NCBI GenBank assembly: GCA_964016885.1
Contig: OZ024746.1
Span: forward strand, 89,838,001-89,902,000
Direction: 5' to 3'
Source: Eledone cirrhosa
Taxonomy: Eukaryota
Length of the DNA stretch: 64,000 nt
Shown here: positions 42,289 through 56,007 of the stretch, piece after piece
Position numbering within the stretch: the first letter of the stretch is position 1
How the letters are laid out: every line of letters begins with the position of its first letter
The notes under the pieces: generated by a model
Databases searched by the model: none
What the model saw: the letters and a program-made list of their open reading frames with translations, nothing else
What the model was told of the DNA's origin: nothing
Made by a program: the position numbers and the translations under genes

Positions 42289-42729
42289 AATATATAAACA
42301 ATAATCTGGTTGTGGAACCAACCAACCAACCGGAAATTTATAAATTTATAAATTTCTTATAATAAATTGAAGTGAAATCAACTGGGGCATGTGTTTCTTA
42401 TTGGCAACATGACCCTTCCAAAGTATAACAATATATATATATATATATATGTGTATGTGTGTGTGTGCGCGCGTTTTTTTTGCGTTTCCTTAAACTTTAA
42501 ATTATAACCATTGTGGTGTGTTAACTGGCGTCCCATTGTATACAGTGAGTTTATTTGCCCTGTGTGCCCGGAAGATACTCGGCCTATAATGGATACAATA
42601 CTGAAGGAAAAGGAAAAACAATAACATTAATAACAATAACAATACATAATAATAACCATAAATAATGATATTTCCATAAGCATTAATGACGGCATATGAC
42701 AATATTGTGTGCGAGCTGGGCAAAAACGA

Positions 42730-43500
42730 GTAAAACAAAAACCAAAATAAATCTACGTAAGTATTGAAACCAAACATTTCCGAATCAGGAAAGTGGTACC
42801 TCATACATAAATCCCACAAAAGGACACGGTCAACCTGACACCTTGAGCAAGTGCCTCATTCGAAATGCCATCCTCCATTTTACAGGCATAAACCTAGAGC
42901 AAGCCCATTCAACTGTCCCATACTGTTCACTGTCACTTACCTCTCAAACTGCTGCTTTGAAGGCATCACATCCTGCTACACCCAGATTTTCCTCTTTAAG
43001 ATAAACTTGAGCAAGTTAATCATAGTTTCGCAGAGGAGAAGAAATGGTTTCTCATTAAAAAAATTAAAACGCCATCAGCAAAGGTCCTTTTCCGCCATGG
43101 GCAACGGCATATAAAATCTACCCCTCCTTTCCGGTTAAAGGATCCATCATATATGTGACAGCAGTTATCCGATATAAACCCGTAGTTGCGCACTTCTTGA
43201 TCTGGACGAGCTGACTGCACTTACATGGTGTAGAGTGCATATCTCGCTCTGGCAATCCTGTGCGGTAGCGCTGACAGACCATGGATGTCTTCACAGATAT
43301 TCCCCCAGAGAAGAGTGACTAGAAGTTTTTCGGTGACGTTTACGGCTTTCCAAAGTATATCGTCTATACAACCCCTAGGTGACGTTCCCACAGAAGGTAG
43401 TGACCAGTTGGCGGGGTGGGGGGGGGGATAACGAATGCCTGAAGATGTTTCCTTAATTAAATTCGGATTTTATTCTGAATTCTAACAAGCAGCGGATGAA
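42730..43500 (-). pseudogene. Highly decayed LINE (L1/Tx1-like) post-RT fragment
   Basis: GC-richer coding-like island with many stops; weak resemblance only. Confidence 0.3.
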
Positions 43501-43750
43501 GAAAATTACAATTAATTGGAGCAGAAATCTATCCCCATGGAAACCAGCACGGTCAATTTTGACTTCTCGAGGTGCGTGGCTCTCTCCTGTGAGTTCTACT
43601 GTCCACATCCTAGTGTTTACTTTTGTCGCTTATATCATCTGTAGTTCTGAACATCTCGAGTGTCTTCAACATCTCAGAATGATGGACCTACACTTTTGTA
43701 AACGACACATTCCATTGCTAATTCACTTGTTCATCTCGTGCAGGTTCGTT

Positions 43751-43942
43751 TAATAATTGTTTCTATTTTAGGCACAAGGCCAGCAATTACCCTGTACATT
43801 ACTGGTACTTTATTTTATCGACCCCGTAAGGATGAAAGGCAAAGTTAACCTCGGCGGGATTTGAACTCAGATCCTAAAGGGACGTAACTCTATGGTTCAG
43901 AGCATGGTGTCCGACTCTACCGATACTGCCAATCCACCGCCC
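43751..43942 (-). mobile_element. tRNA-derived SINE (full length)
   Basis: Reverse complement of the consensus, from gggcggtggattggcagtatcggtagag to tagaaacaattatt. Confidence 0.9.
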
Positions 43943-46176
43943 TTGGTTTAATAATAATCTGTATAAATAGCAGGATTTTTTTATGATTGAGCGTCTACAA
44001 CACACTTTCTCTTAATTAGAAATTATGCTTTGGTACCTTAGTTCAGCATATATAGTTTCGGCAAACATACTTCTTAACAATTTTCATGAAAGAGAGAGGA
44101 ACTGCAATTTGAGTCTGTTGATCTTTTATATTGGGGGTTTACGGTCTTGTTGCTGTTTGTGTTGTTGTGGTATAATGATAGTCCCTACGAATGTATAGAC
44201 CCAACCACTGCAGGTATTATGTTCGTTGTTCATTTTTTAAAATACCGATGCAGTCCCCGATGAGAAGAGCTCAACACAGTTAAATTTCCCACATTTGATC
44301 CTATCCCACAGTGCTTCAAATATACTTATTTTAACGTTCGTGCATTGGGAAAATCAAAGTCAGCTCCGCTAGCATTTGAGTTCTGATGGTACTGTAACTT
44401 CGAGAAACCTGACACGACATCTTATCAAAAAGTTTCCTAAATCAGCCCTTTAGTATTCGCTGTGAAGTAAATATTTATTTTGTATATAATAAATTGTTTC
44501 TATATAAACTGCTCTTCATACAAATTGGCATTCACTGGAAATAAATACATTTAATGTTATATATGAATTGAGAGTAGAAAACGGGTAAAGGAAAACATTT
44601 AAATGTTTATTACAATCAATTTGAAGTATCTAAATTTTCTCTTTTGTTTTACAAATGTATTACCAAATTCAATATAAAATTCATGCTCACGCAGCAAAAG
44701 GAATATTCCATTTTCGCAATTAAATAAAATATAATGATGTTAAAATATTTCTTAGCGCCATTTAAGTAAATATTATTGTCAGAGTGAAATAAGCGGGGAG
44801 GAAATAGCTTTCCTTTTGAAATACATTTCTCAAGAGTAACTAATCGGAAAACGGAAGTGAAATGAATGAAAAATGTACAAACCCATTAACATATACCTCC
44901 ATGAATAGATCAAACGTAAATATGCTCGGTTTTCATTGCTTTGTATGTTTTCATAGATGAAAACTTAAACACTAAATTTCCAAAATCTAAATATGTATCA
45001 ACTACAAAATATCAAAGCGTGAAACTAATAACAAATTATTTAGGTAATGCCAGAAAATATTCCTTTGAACTGAATCAAAGAAAACTGAATTTTACTTGGT
45101 TTCAGCACATCGGACAGGTAATCGAATTCTTTAAAACCAAATGATTTATTCATGCATGCTTGCATGGTTTATTTCTATGGGGTTGGTGCAATGTTATTTA
45201 CTTCGATTACTTCAACCGTTTTTATCACCACCTTTTGCTTTCATAATACCATGTCGTAAAAAGATGTCTAAATTTCCCATTATTCGTTGGTTCACTATGT
45301 GCTGTTAGGCACGTATAAAATGAGTTCATAAGGATAACCGAAAGACAAATGTCTATCTTTGTCAATGTGTAGGGTTGCTGTTTGTGTTAGTACGAGCTTG
45401 TTGATAGTTGAAAGGATGGATATACCTACAGAGTTTTTTGGTAATTTCTATTGCATCGCATTTAAATAGAACTCTATTATATAATATAAATAGAGCTTGA
45501 GATAAAAAAGAAATGTGGTGAAAATGTCCAGAGTGTATGTGTGTGTGTGAGAGTGAGAGTGAGTGAGAGTTGGTGTGAGAGTGAGAGTTGGTGTGAGATG
45601 TGAGTGAAAATAGAATCAGCATTTATTGGTATTTGCACTTAAATATTATTGCTTTGTTGTTTTGTGGAAAATAGTGTATGTGGTTTACTTGATAATGGAA
45701 CTAAGCAAACATACACACATACACACACTAACAGACACTCACATGCACTCACACACACACATATAATTGTATATATGTGTGTGTGTTTGTGAAAGTGTGT
45801 GGGAGCGTGTGTGTGAGTGTTTATCTGAATGTATGCATATGTGTCTGTATTTTCTGTGTATACACAGTGTATACTATTTAATGGTGTTATAATATAGATC
45901 TTGAAATTATAATCTCATCGTGAAATCAGGCGCTAATGGAATCAAATATGGATTCGATATTCGACGTTTTTTTCCTAAGCCCTCTATTTTGTATATTACA
46001 TTTTATTTATGCTAAATAAAATAAATGTGATAATATGGAAGGACTATTCGATAGGGTACAATGAATATTTAAGCTCAATAGTTACCAAAAAATGGATGGG
46101 AGTCGATAAAATGTTAAGAACTCACAATTAATATCATTTTGTTATATCTATCTGCCATTATCTTGTCTCTATCTAG

Positions 46177-46367
46177 GGCAGTGGATGGCAGTATTGGTAG
46201 AGGTTCGGACGATATGCTTTGCAGCAAAGGGTTATGGCCTTTTATGGTCACAGTTCAAATACCGCCCAGGTTAAATTTGCCTTTCATCCTTAGAGGGTCG
46301 ATAAAATAAAGTACCAATAATACACTGAAATAATTGCTGACCTTGTGCCAAAAGTAGAAACAATTAT
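46177..46367 (+). mobile_element. tRNA-derived SINE
   Basis: gggcagtggatggcagtattggtagag...gggtcgataaaataaagtacc...agtagaaacaattat. Confidence 0.9.
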
Positions 46368-46675
46368 CTTTTCTCTATCATTAGGTTGTGCTTCGGTTAA
46401 ATATATTTCACTCTAGAGTGATACTATCTATCAAGTGGTAAATAGCTATCAGAGATGATAAACAGATTGTCTTTTAAATCCATGAAATTAATTCGTCAGA
46501 TTTCAGTGCTGAAAGCAACGATTTCCTTTTAAAATGCTTTCCATCCTCACGTAAATATGTGTAAATTTCATGGTTTGCTTTATTTCCGTTAAATTTCCTG
46601 AATAATTATATGAATAGCTATTAATTATTACACCAATGTTTATACTCTTTCTCATATTTTATTGTTTCGTTTCAG

Positions 46676-46859
46676 AATAATTGTTTCTACTTTTTGGCAC
46701 AAGGCCAGCAATTATCTAGTGCATTACTGGTACTTTATTTTATCGACCCCGCAAGGATGAAAGGCAAAGTTAACCTCGGTGGGATTTGAACCCCGACCAT
46801 AAAGGACCGTAACTCTATGCTGCAAAGAATGGTGTCCCACTCTCTACCGATACTACCAA
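46676..46859 (-). mobile_element. tRNA-derived SINE
   Basis: Reverse complement of the consensus. Confidence 0.9.
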
Positions 46860-48126
46860 CTACGATTAATTCAGTGTCTACGTTTGTACACTTGTTCTAA
46901 AACAAACATGTTTATTCTTTATATACTATTTGACAAACATTGAATTTCCGCCTACACATGCACTGTCCTAAGCACTAGAAGACACAGAAACATGCTCAAT
47001 TACGCATCAAATACGAGCAGGCACTGTATGTGTGGCACCACTGCGTCTATAACGTACTCGGTAGAAGACTAGTGACGACAGTTGGCTACCAATATGTCTA
47101 AAGTAGGCAATTCAATGTCGAGTTGCTCCAGTTACACATGGTAATTGTGAACGGCGGCATTTAAGAAATAGCAGCAACACTAGGTCAGATATTTTCTACA
47201 TGGACAATACATGAAGAAACTGAATAAAATACAAATAGAAAAACAGAACCGTTACTCAGTGAGATGCGTGGTTTCTCAAATGCAATCTTAGAACATATAT
47301 TAATTTAGAAGAAACAATTAACCTGATTGCCTGAGGCTGTTTAATTTTAACTAAGAGATGTTACTTTAATACAGATATAAGTATTTTATTTCTCATACAC
47401 AGGAAATGATTGCTTCTAATTTTAGAACTAAGCCAGCACCATGGCGACGGGGAAAATCAATCAAATCACAGTAATTGTATAATTATAAAAGGCAACATTC
47501 AGCGCAGCAGGATTTATACTGGAAGCAGGAGTCGGAACAACAGATCGAGACACATTGTGCAGCATCCTAAATATTCTACCGGGCCATGAGCAATATTTTT
47601 AAAAGTTTTACAGAAATTAATTGATATAAAATTACACCAGAGAATCAACAGTTGGCAATTCCTGATTTTTATGATCTACGGGGAGTTTGTAATGAAAGCT
47701 ACTAAAACAGATATCGATGTCAGTGCTAGCAAGAATAGAAGGGAACACACATTGGAAATATTATTCCCAGTAGGCAAAATTTTATTTAAATAAAATATTG
47801 AAATAAATAAATATCAGCAGGGAGAGATTAATTAAATGAAACTATTGGAAGCAGAAACAAAATCTCTATAATGATATTTCCTTTCGGAAAATTATGGCAG
47901 TCAATGCAGAGAAATGGCATAAACAAATTAGCAGCACCAATGCATATATAGAGCATTTACCAACTGACATGTCGAATTACAGTAACCTATTAGTTAGTGT
48001 ACAGCCAACACAATAATACATACACATTCGAAACACAACGCTGCAGTTAATCGAGCCGCACAATGCGCTGCATTGATGAACAGAGAAAGCATATACTGAA
48101 TATAAGATGACAGAGAAGATAAAATT

Positions 48127-48300
48127 AATAATTGTTTATACTTTTGGCACAATGCCAGCAACTACCCAGTGCTTAACTGGTACTTTATTGTATCGACCCC
48201 GTAAGGATGAAAGGCAAAGTTAACATCGGCGGGATTTGAACTCAGAAGGGCAAGGGCCGTAGCTCTATGCGTCAAAGCATGGCGTCCGACCCTAACCGTA
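48127..48300 (-). mobile_element. tRNA-derived SINE
   Basis: Reverse complement of the consensus. Confidence 0.88.
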
Positions 48301-49926
48301 CGGAAATCCAGTATGCATGGTGTGTGTGGCCCCACAGATCCTGGTGATGCTATTACGGCGTCGTAACTACATACAGCGTTTTTGGGGCATTTAATAACCT
48401 GGTGGAGGCCGTCTCCTCTCCATGTCTGAACACAGCAGATTTTAACCTGAGAAGGATAGCGAGTGCATGAAAAGGGAAATGAGAGTTAGATATCAAGGAG
48501 ATATCGAGTCCGGTACTTGACTTGTACATTTGAACTCAGAGAGTAGAGACTACCACAAAGTATTTGATAACACCTTGCAATGACACTGCCCATTCGCGGA
48601 CGTTGTAGTATAGTCACACAAAAGCGTAAATATATTCAAAATAATACGAGCGGTATATAGACACGTTTTATAAAGCACGATTTTGCATGTAAACATGTAA
48701 AATGCTAATTACCTATTTCCGTATTGATAACAGACTATTTGGAATATGTAAATAACCCTCTTAATGCTTCGTAACAAAGTATTTTGCGTGTTGTGTTCAA
48801 TCAAAACACGCCAGTTTTCACATTTTCATAAACCATTGTCAATGATTTGCGTAGCTAACTGTGAACAAATTATTTGGATCAGGTTACAATTTGTATTTAT
48901 AATTCTGTTGCTTTGCACCCATGTGAGAAAAATTAAATGTGGTGCAATATAGGCAAGAATGTTCCAGTCCTATTATCACCATGACTATTGCTGATAATTC
49001 CAGGGATGTTATGAAATATGGCACTCCTATTAGCGAGAGTGAAGACGTTTCTTACTTTAAATATCATTGGATCCAACGTTTCCTTTAGATGTTGATGAAA
49101 TTATCATAAACACACTAAGAGGAATACTTGTACAGGTCTATAAATCTGATACAACCAATTTAGAGTTAGTGGACCTACTCTGACGTACATGTGGCAAAAG
49201 ATAATGTGTATTACTATCAAGGTAATGAAAACATATAAAAAGAAAGAACGTTGCCTATTTTATACTTTTTTCTGGTAATTTCGTTGTAAAGTGTCAAAGC
49301 ATAGGCAGAGATAATGCACATGATATACTCTGTAATTTTATACATTTTTGATGTTTTAGACAATGTGTAAACCATCTGGGTTTAGCTACGCTTGGTAGAT
49401 TTTAATAGATACAATTTCCGGGAACATATATAAACTACACCTTAAGATAAAGCCAGAGAGAAAAACGTATGTGTACCCATTGATCTACCGAAAATGAATG
49501 AGACCTCTCATCTTAATTGTTAAACAGCAGAATAAAACATTTCATGATAAGTTTCTATATGCAGTGCAGAGAAAAAAAACCAAAAGAACAAGAGTGGCTT
49601 CATTTCAACATACATTTGCTATATTGATTTGCAGGGAAAAGTAATTATATCAATAGCATTATAACAATCGAAGCGAAATTTTATTATCTTTATTTTGACT
49701 TGACCTGATAGAAATAACTGAAATATTTCTTTTGAAGTCACCCTCTACAGAAATAACGTAGTTATGGATATAAAAAGACCGTGGGAAATTCACAACTAGA
49801 ACACATTCCATTATATATGTGCCGATCAACCCCAGGAAGATAATAACTGGCACTGATAGGAAGCGTGGGTAAAAAGAAAACTAAGCCTATAGTACGGACG
49901 CACTGAGCATAATACTTCCGAAATGA

Positions 49927-50070
49927 TGGTTTCTGATTTAGTTACAAGGCCAACAAATTTAGAGGAAGGAAAGTCGATTAAATGAGCCCAGTATCTTACT
50001 AGTGTTTTATTGTATCAAACTCTTAAGGATGAAACCTCGGTCGGATTTGAACCCAGAACGTAACGAGTCT
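49927..50070 (-). mobile_element. Diverged SINE relative
   Basis: acaaggccaacaa...aaggatgaaacctcggtcggatttgaacccagaacg. Confidence 0.6.
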
Positions 50071-50268
50071 ATGCATAGTCACTTTATATACAAATAATAT
50101 TTGTATGGGATTGATAGAAATATAAATGCCCCAGTTGGTTTTCAATAGAAAATAGAACTATATGTATATAGTACATTTTATATAGAAATGGTATACATAT
50201 AAATATATATATATATATATATATACAATATTAAATAAATGGAAAACTATATTTATAAAACCATATTT

Positions 50269-50332
50269 ATTTCATTATATATATTTCTGGGATTTCATAT
50301 TAACAATATGCTATGCCTTCATCAGACAAAAT
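50269..50332 (-). ncRNA. Type I hammerhead ribozyme (family C, 3' pLTR)
   Basis: ATTTTGT-CTGATGA-a-stem II(catatt/aatatg)-GAA-ATATATAT-A-ATGAAAT. Confidence 0.72.
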
Positions 50333-53300
50333 ACAATATAAACAGTTTTATAGACAAATAGGTTCGACATACCGTTATAACACCGACTTCATTTGAAGAG
50401 GTTTACTCTGGCTGTGAAAAAAGTTTTACACAGAGAGAAAGAAAAAGAGAAAAAACAGAAAGAAAGACAGAAAACGAAGAAAAGGAAGAAAAAGAAGAGA
50501 AAGAGGAAATGCATGGAACAAAATAGAGAGATGGAAAGATAGATAAAGCGAAGAACTTCATGTAAAGAAACAGAAAGAGATATATATATAGAGAGAGAGA
50601 GGAAATAGAGATAGATACATATATATATATAGAAAATTAGGTAGTGGGAGGTCATTTTGAGTAAATGTATCAATGATACGTTTATTTATTTATTTATTTA
50701 TTTAGCTCAAGTATTAATGTAAGGGAGATATATATATAGAGAAAAAAATATAGAGAGAGGAGAGGAAAATAAAAATATAGAGAGAGGAAAACATAGCGAG
50801 AGAAAAAAATTTAAAAATAGCCAGATATATTCGAGGCGTAAAAACCCTATGTTTTAATGTATTAATATTTATAAAACTTACACTATATTGTAAATATCAG
50901 TATTCCTGAATGAGACAAGTATCTATAATGTGTGAAAATTTATTATCTTATGTTTAGTTTAAAAAAAAAAAAAAAAAAAAAAATTCATATGTTTATGTGA
51001 CAGCTACAGACATCCATGCGAATCTAACTGATTCACTCTGCAAACTCTAAGTTCACGGAAAACGTTCTCAATGTGGTATAAAAATTTGAGCATACAAATA
51101 TGTGTATTATTATTCATGTCATTACTCTACCAGATTATCTATCAAGCAGAAGTAGAGAGCAGATTTCAATATACTAATAAAAATATATATCATAAACAAA
51201 ACTAAAAATAAAAAGATAACAATAATAATAATAATAAGTAAAAAAATATAGAATAGAACACTAAAAAAATTAAAAAATAAAAATATTACGAAAGAATATT
51301 ACATAATAAAAAATATTATATATTAAGCATACTACGTATTAAAAAATATTACGTATTAAAAATTTACATATTAAAGATATTAAAAATACAATAAAAAAAA
51401 AAAAAATAAAAAATAAAAAATAAAAAATATTATAGAATACTACAATAATAAAAATAAAAATAAAAATAGAAATAAAAATAAAAATAAAAATAAAAATACA
51501 CCACAAAGATCAACCCTTCAAAGTTAATTGACAATATATTGCCAAGTTCTTTACAAGACAAGGCAAAAAATTATCCATCAAATCACATCTAGCAAAGATC
51601 ATTTCAAAAAGATTATGATGTCCAATTAGGTCTATATATGTTCTTATATTTAATATAGAAGTTTATCTAGTGTAAGGTTTATTCAAAAATTTGGAGCATC
51701 AGCTTTTAGGGTAGCTTAATTTTTCATGAGGAATGTTTAGATAAAAAATAAACAATAAAAAGAGAGTAAATAGAAGGAATCAAAGATTTAGGAATCAAAA
51801 ATTTATCGGCTAGTTTCCCATATAAATATAAATCAAACTAAATATACTACATTTTAAATTTAAATTTATATTTAAACGTTGAGTTTAATCTATGTTTGCA
51901 ACAACTGAATAAATTTGTCCGTAGGTTAAGGGAATTTTTAGATTTTAGTATAAAGAATATTTCCTCTGCGCAGAGGTCACATGTCTCAGAGGATGAATTA
52001 AAAGGAATCCCTCTTGAGACTATATTCCAAGCCGTCGAATATCTAACGTTATCTAGCTTAAGTTGCCAGAGTACGCCTGATAGTGCCGTTGAAGATTTTT
52101 TATTTGGATCTGTGAAAGAAATCTTGTGGTTATTATAGCGAAGTTTAAATTCCGTCGATGTGGAACCGACGTAGTTAAAAGAATTAGAGTCAGTATTAAC
52201 ATTACAATTGTATACTATATTTTTAACTAAGCAGTTGTTATTTAACGGACATTTAGATCTATCTCTACAGTTACATTTGTTAACTTGTATATTATTTATG
52301 CTATTATCAGTAGGTTTTAAGTTCCTATTATTTATTCTATTGATATTTTGAGCTAAATTTTTGGTGGATGAGTAGGTTAATTTAATTGTATGCCTATTGA
52401 AAATTGAGTGATACCTATGTGTTCTAGGGAAGCGATTATCAAGAGCTTTGAAAAATAATTTAGCGATGTGGGTTTTAATGTTTAGTGAGAAAGGGGGGCA
52501 AACCAAATTATGTTCCTAGTTCTATTTCTTTTTTGTCCTTTGGAATTATTGTAATGCTTTCTATTATAGTTGTTAATGTTGTTGCCGTAATTAAAAAAGT
52601 TGTTACTTTGTTTAGTTTGTCTATCATTATCTATGTACACAATCTTATCAGCATATCCTGCCCTAGCTAGTGCATCATTATAGTATTGGGCCTTTTCGTC
52701 GAAAATCAATCTATTCGACGAGATCCTAGAGATACGTTTTTGAACTGAGTTTACTATAGTGTTTTTGATAGATCTGGGGTGGTTAGAGTTAAAGTTTTTT
52801 TAAAACTAAACATAAGATAATAAATTTTCACACATTATAGATACTTGTCTCATTCAGGAATACTGATATTTACAATATAGTGTAAGTTTTATAAATATTA
52901 ATACATTAAAACATAGGGTTTTTACGCCTCGAATATATCTGGCTATTTTTAAATTTTTTTTTTTCTCTCGCTATTTTTTCCTCTCTCTATATTTTTTTTT
53001 TCCTCTCCTCTCTCTATATTTTTTTCTCTCTATATATATCTCCCTTACATTAATACTTGAGCTAAATAAATAAATAAATAAATAAACGTATCATTGATAC
53101 CTTTACTCAAAATGACCTCCCACTACCTAATTTTCTATATATATATATGTATCTATCTCTATTTCCTCTCTCTCTATATATATATATCTCTTTCTGTTTC
53201 TTTACATGAAGTTCTTCGCTTTATCTATCTTTCCATCTCTCTATTTTGTTCCATGCAATTCCTCTTTCTCTTCTTTTTCTTCCTTTTCTTCGTTTTCTGT

Positions 53301-53433
53301 CTTTCTTTCTGTTTTCTCTCTTTTTCTTTCTCTCTGTGTAAAACTTTTTCACAGCCAGAGTAAACCTCTTCAAATGAAGTCGGTGTTATAACGGTATGTC
53401 GAACCTATTTGTCTATAAAACTGTTTATATTGT

Positions 53434-53497
53434 ATTTTGTCTGATGAAGGCATAGCATATTGTTAATATGATATCCCCGAAATATATATAATGAAAT
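53434..53497 (+). ncRNA. Type I hammerhead ribozyme (family C, inverted arm)
   Basis: attttgt CTGATGA a ggcatagcatattgttaatatgatatcccc GAA ATATATAT A atgaaat; palindromic stem III. Confidence 0.75.
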
Positions 53498-53627
53498 AAA
53501 TATGGTTTTATAAATATAGTTTTCCATTTATTTAATATTGTAAACATACTCCAAATATTTGTCGAGTGCTTTTATACCAGTTATAAATATTTACTAGTTG
53601 TAACCCAACAATTTTAAATATAACTTT

Positions 53628-53751
<124 letters not shown>

Positions 53752-53753
53752 GT

Positions 53754-53790
<37 letters not shown>

Positions 53791-53994
53791 AATATGAAAA
53801 CAAGACGTGCTGTGTGGCTGCAATTGGGTTACATATTAATAAAGTGATCTTCCAACTTTCATTGGTATTTCATCGCTTTAAAGACCATATACCTCCGGTT
53901 GGTGCGAGCAACGGCTAAAGAAAGTCGTTGGGACACGTACATAAGGGGAACGAGCGATACTGTAAACAATCAAAGATGGTAATCCAACGAAAAG

Positions 53995-54262
53995 TGAGGG
54001 AGAAGGAGTCAAGTCCCAGAATTCGATGAATATAAGTTCTGTGAAATCCTGGACGAGAGAGAATAAAGACCATCAAACCTAGTCGAAATGTGAGCAAGGA
54101 AAGAATTTCGCACAGGTCAAACGGGAGGAAAAAGGAGTCTAGATCCTGAATTCGGTGAACATAAGTTCTGTGGAATCGTAGACAAGAGAGAAAAAAAGAA
54201 AAAAACAATCTGGTCAAGTGCGCGCGAGGAAAGAATTTCCGTCAGGCCAAACGAGAGGAAGT
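53995..54262. repeat. Two diverged ~130-bp tandem units of unknown origin
   Basis: aaggagtc.ag.cc..gaattcg.tgaa.ataagttctgtg and gaaagaatttc..caggtcaaacg.gaggaa each occur twice. Confidence 0.65.
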
Positions 54263-54466
54263 AGGAGAGGGAGTAGCAGAGAGTGATTGAGTGAAGGGTG
54301 AGGAATAGGCTAACGGAGAGAGTGACTGTTAGAGAGGGTAAAGGGAGGTGAAAGATACAGAGAAAGAGGAAGCAGTTATATATATATATATATATAAACA
54401 AGGTTTAGTAAATAATGAAAAAGTTTCAAAATAAATTTTAAAAAATTGACTTTACCTACTATAGTT

Positions 54467-54550
54467 ACCTTTACCGATCGGTTTCGAATCCCAAAAATAA
54501 AACGGAGACCATACGGCCTTCGTTGCAAAGAAAGATTCTCGTCAGAAGGT
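54467..54550 (-). ncRNA. Type I hammerhead ribozyme, unit 1
   Basis: ACCTT-CTGACGA-GAATC...GATTC-GAAAC-CGATCG-GTA-AAGGT; predicted cleavage between 54472 and 54471. Confidence 0.9.
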
Positions 54551-54949
54551 TCTTTTCATTCAAAGAATATAAAATTCCTGAATTTAAATCACAAACTAGC
54601 GCTATCAAAAACTGTTCCTGGCATGAGAGTGGATGATGTAGAACAGGTTTATCAAGGGCCGTAGCAAAGATAGAGGCAAAAGGAGGTAGGTCAAACTAGC
54701 CACCGCTATTGCTAGCAGCAGTCGGAATGACCCGGTTTGTTCTCAACGTTAGTGGAGGTAGGAGTAATATGAAATACTTCCCTTCACGCACAAGGCGCCA
54801 AGGTACGCATGTATTGTCCAACCAAGTGCCAATGTGGTTCAATGGCGGGTTAATAAATTAACGAGCCAGAACAAATATAAACAAGGTTTAGTAAATAATG
54901 AAAAAGTCTCAAAATAAATTTTAAAAAATTGACTTTACCTACTATAGTT

Positions 54950-55033
54950 ACTTTTACCGATCGGTTTCGAATCCCAAAAATAAAACGGAGACCATACGGC
55001 CTTCGTTGCAAAGAAAGATTCTCGTCAGAAGGT
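54950..55033 (-). ncRNA. Type I hammerhead ribozyme, unit 2 (one stem I mismatch)
   Basis: Same motif; the 3' strand of stem I is AAAGT instead of AAGGT. Confidence 0.8.
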
Positions 55034-55432
55034 TCTTTTCATTCAGAGAATATAAAATTCCTGAATTTAAATCACAAACTAGCGCTATCAAAATCTGTTC
55101 CTGGGATGAGAGTGGATGATGTAGAACTGGTTTATCAAGGGCCGTAGCAAAGATAGAGGCAAAAGGAGGTAGGTCAAACTAGCCACCGCTATTGCTAGCA
55201 GCAGTCGGAATGACCCGGTTTGTTCTCAACGTTAGTGGAGGTAGTAGTAATATGAAATACGTCCCTTCACGCACAAGGCGCCAAGGTACGCATGTATTGT
55301 CCAACCAAGTGCCAATGTGGTTCAATGGCGGGTTAATAAATTAACGAGCCAGAACAAATATAAACAAGGTTTAGTAAATAATGAAAAAGTTTCAAAATAA
55401 ATTTTAAAAAATTGACTTTACCTACTATAGTT

Positions 55433-55516
55433 ACCTTTACCGATCGGTTTCGAATCCCAAAAATAAAACGGAGACCATACGGCCTTCGTTGCAAAGAAAG
55501 ATTCTCATCAGAAGGT
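55433..55516 (-). ncRNA. Type I hammerhead ribozyme, unit 3
   Basis: Same motif with core CTGATGA (change at the free position 7). Confidence 0.9.
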
Positions 55517-55915
55517 TCTTTTCATTCAAAGAATATAAAATTCCTGAATTTAAATCATAAACTAGCGCTATCAAAAACTGTTCCTGGGATGAGAGTGGAT
55601 GATGTAGAACAGGTTTATCAAGGGCCGTAGCAAAGATAGAGGCAAAAGGAGGTAGGTCAAACTAGCCACCGCTATTGCTAGCAGCAGTCGGAATGACCCG
55701 GTTTGTTCTCAACGTTAGTGGAGGTAGGAGTAATATGAAATACGTCCCTTCACGCACAAGGCGCCAAGGTACGCATGTATTGTCCAACCAAGTGCCAATG
55801 TGGTTCAATGGCGGGTTAATAAATTAACGAGCCAGAACAAATATAAACAAGGTTTAGTAAATAATGAAAAAGTTTCAAAATAAATTTTAAAAAATTGACT
55901 TTACCTACTATAGTT

Positions 55916-55999
55916 ACCTTTACCGATCGGTTTCGAATCCCAAAAATAAAACGGAGACCATACGGCCTTCGTTGCAAAGAAAGATTCTCGTCAGAAGGT
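55916..55999 (-). ncRNA. Type I hammerhead ribozyme, unit 4
   Basis: Same motif as unit 1. Confidence 0.9.
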
Positions 56000-56007
56000 T
56001 CTTTTCA

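Larger units (their letters stand above)
41620..42434. mobile_element. Fold-back pair of PLE family B pLTRs (minus arm ~41620-42050, plus arm ~42056-42434)
   Basis: Arms are reverse complements; the terminus catgaccctcccaaagtataacaatat is shared with family A pLTRs; each arm has an HHR motif. Confidence 0.88.

Noticed and set aside
54446-55630. Three near-identical 72-aa ORFs in the tandem array
   Set aside because: TTG starts, no known motif, antisense to the ribozyme, and the frame is not evidently preserved in the 11.2 kb homologue.
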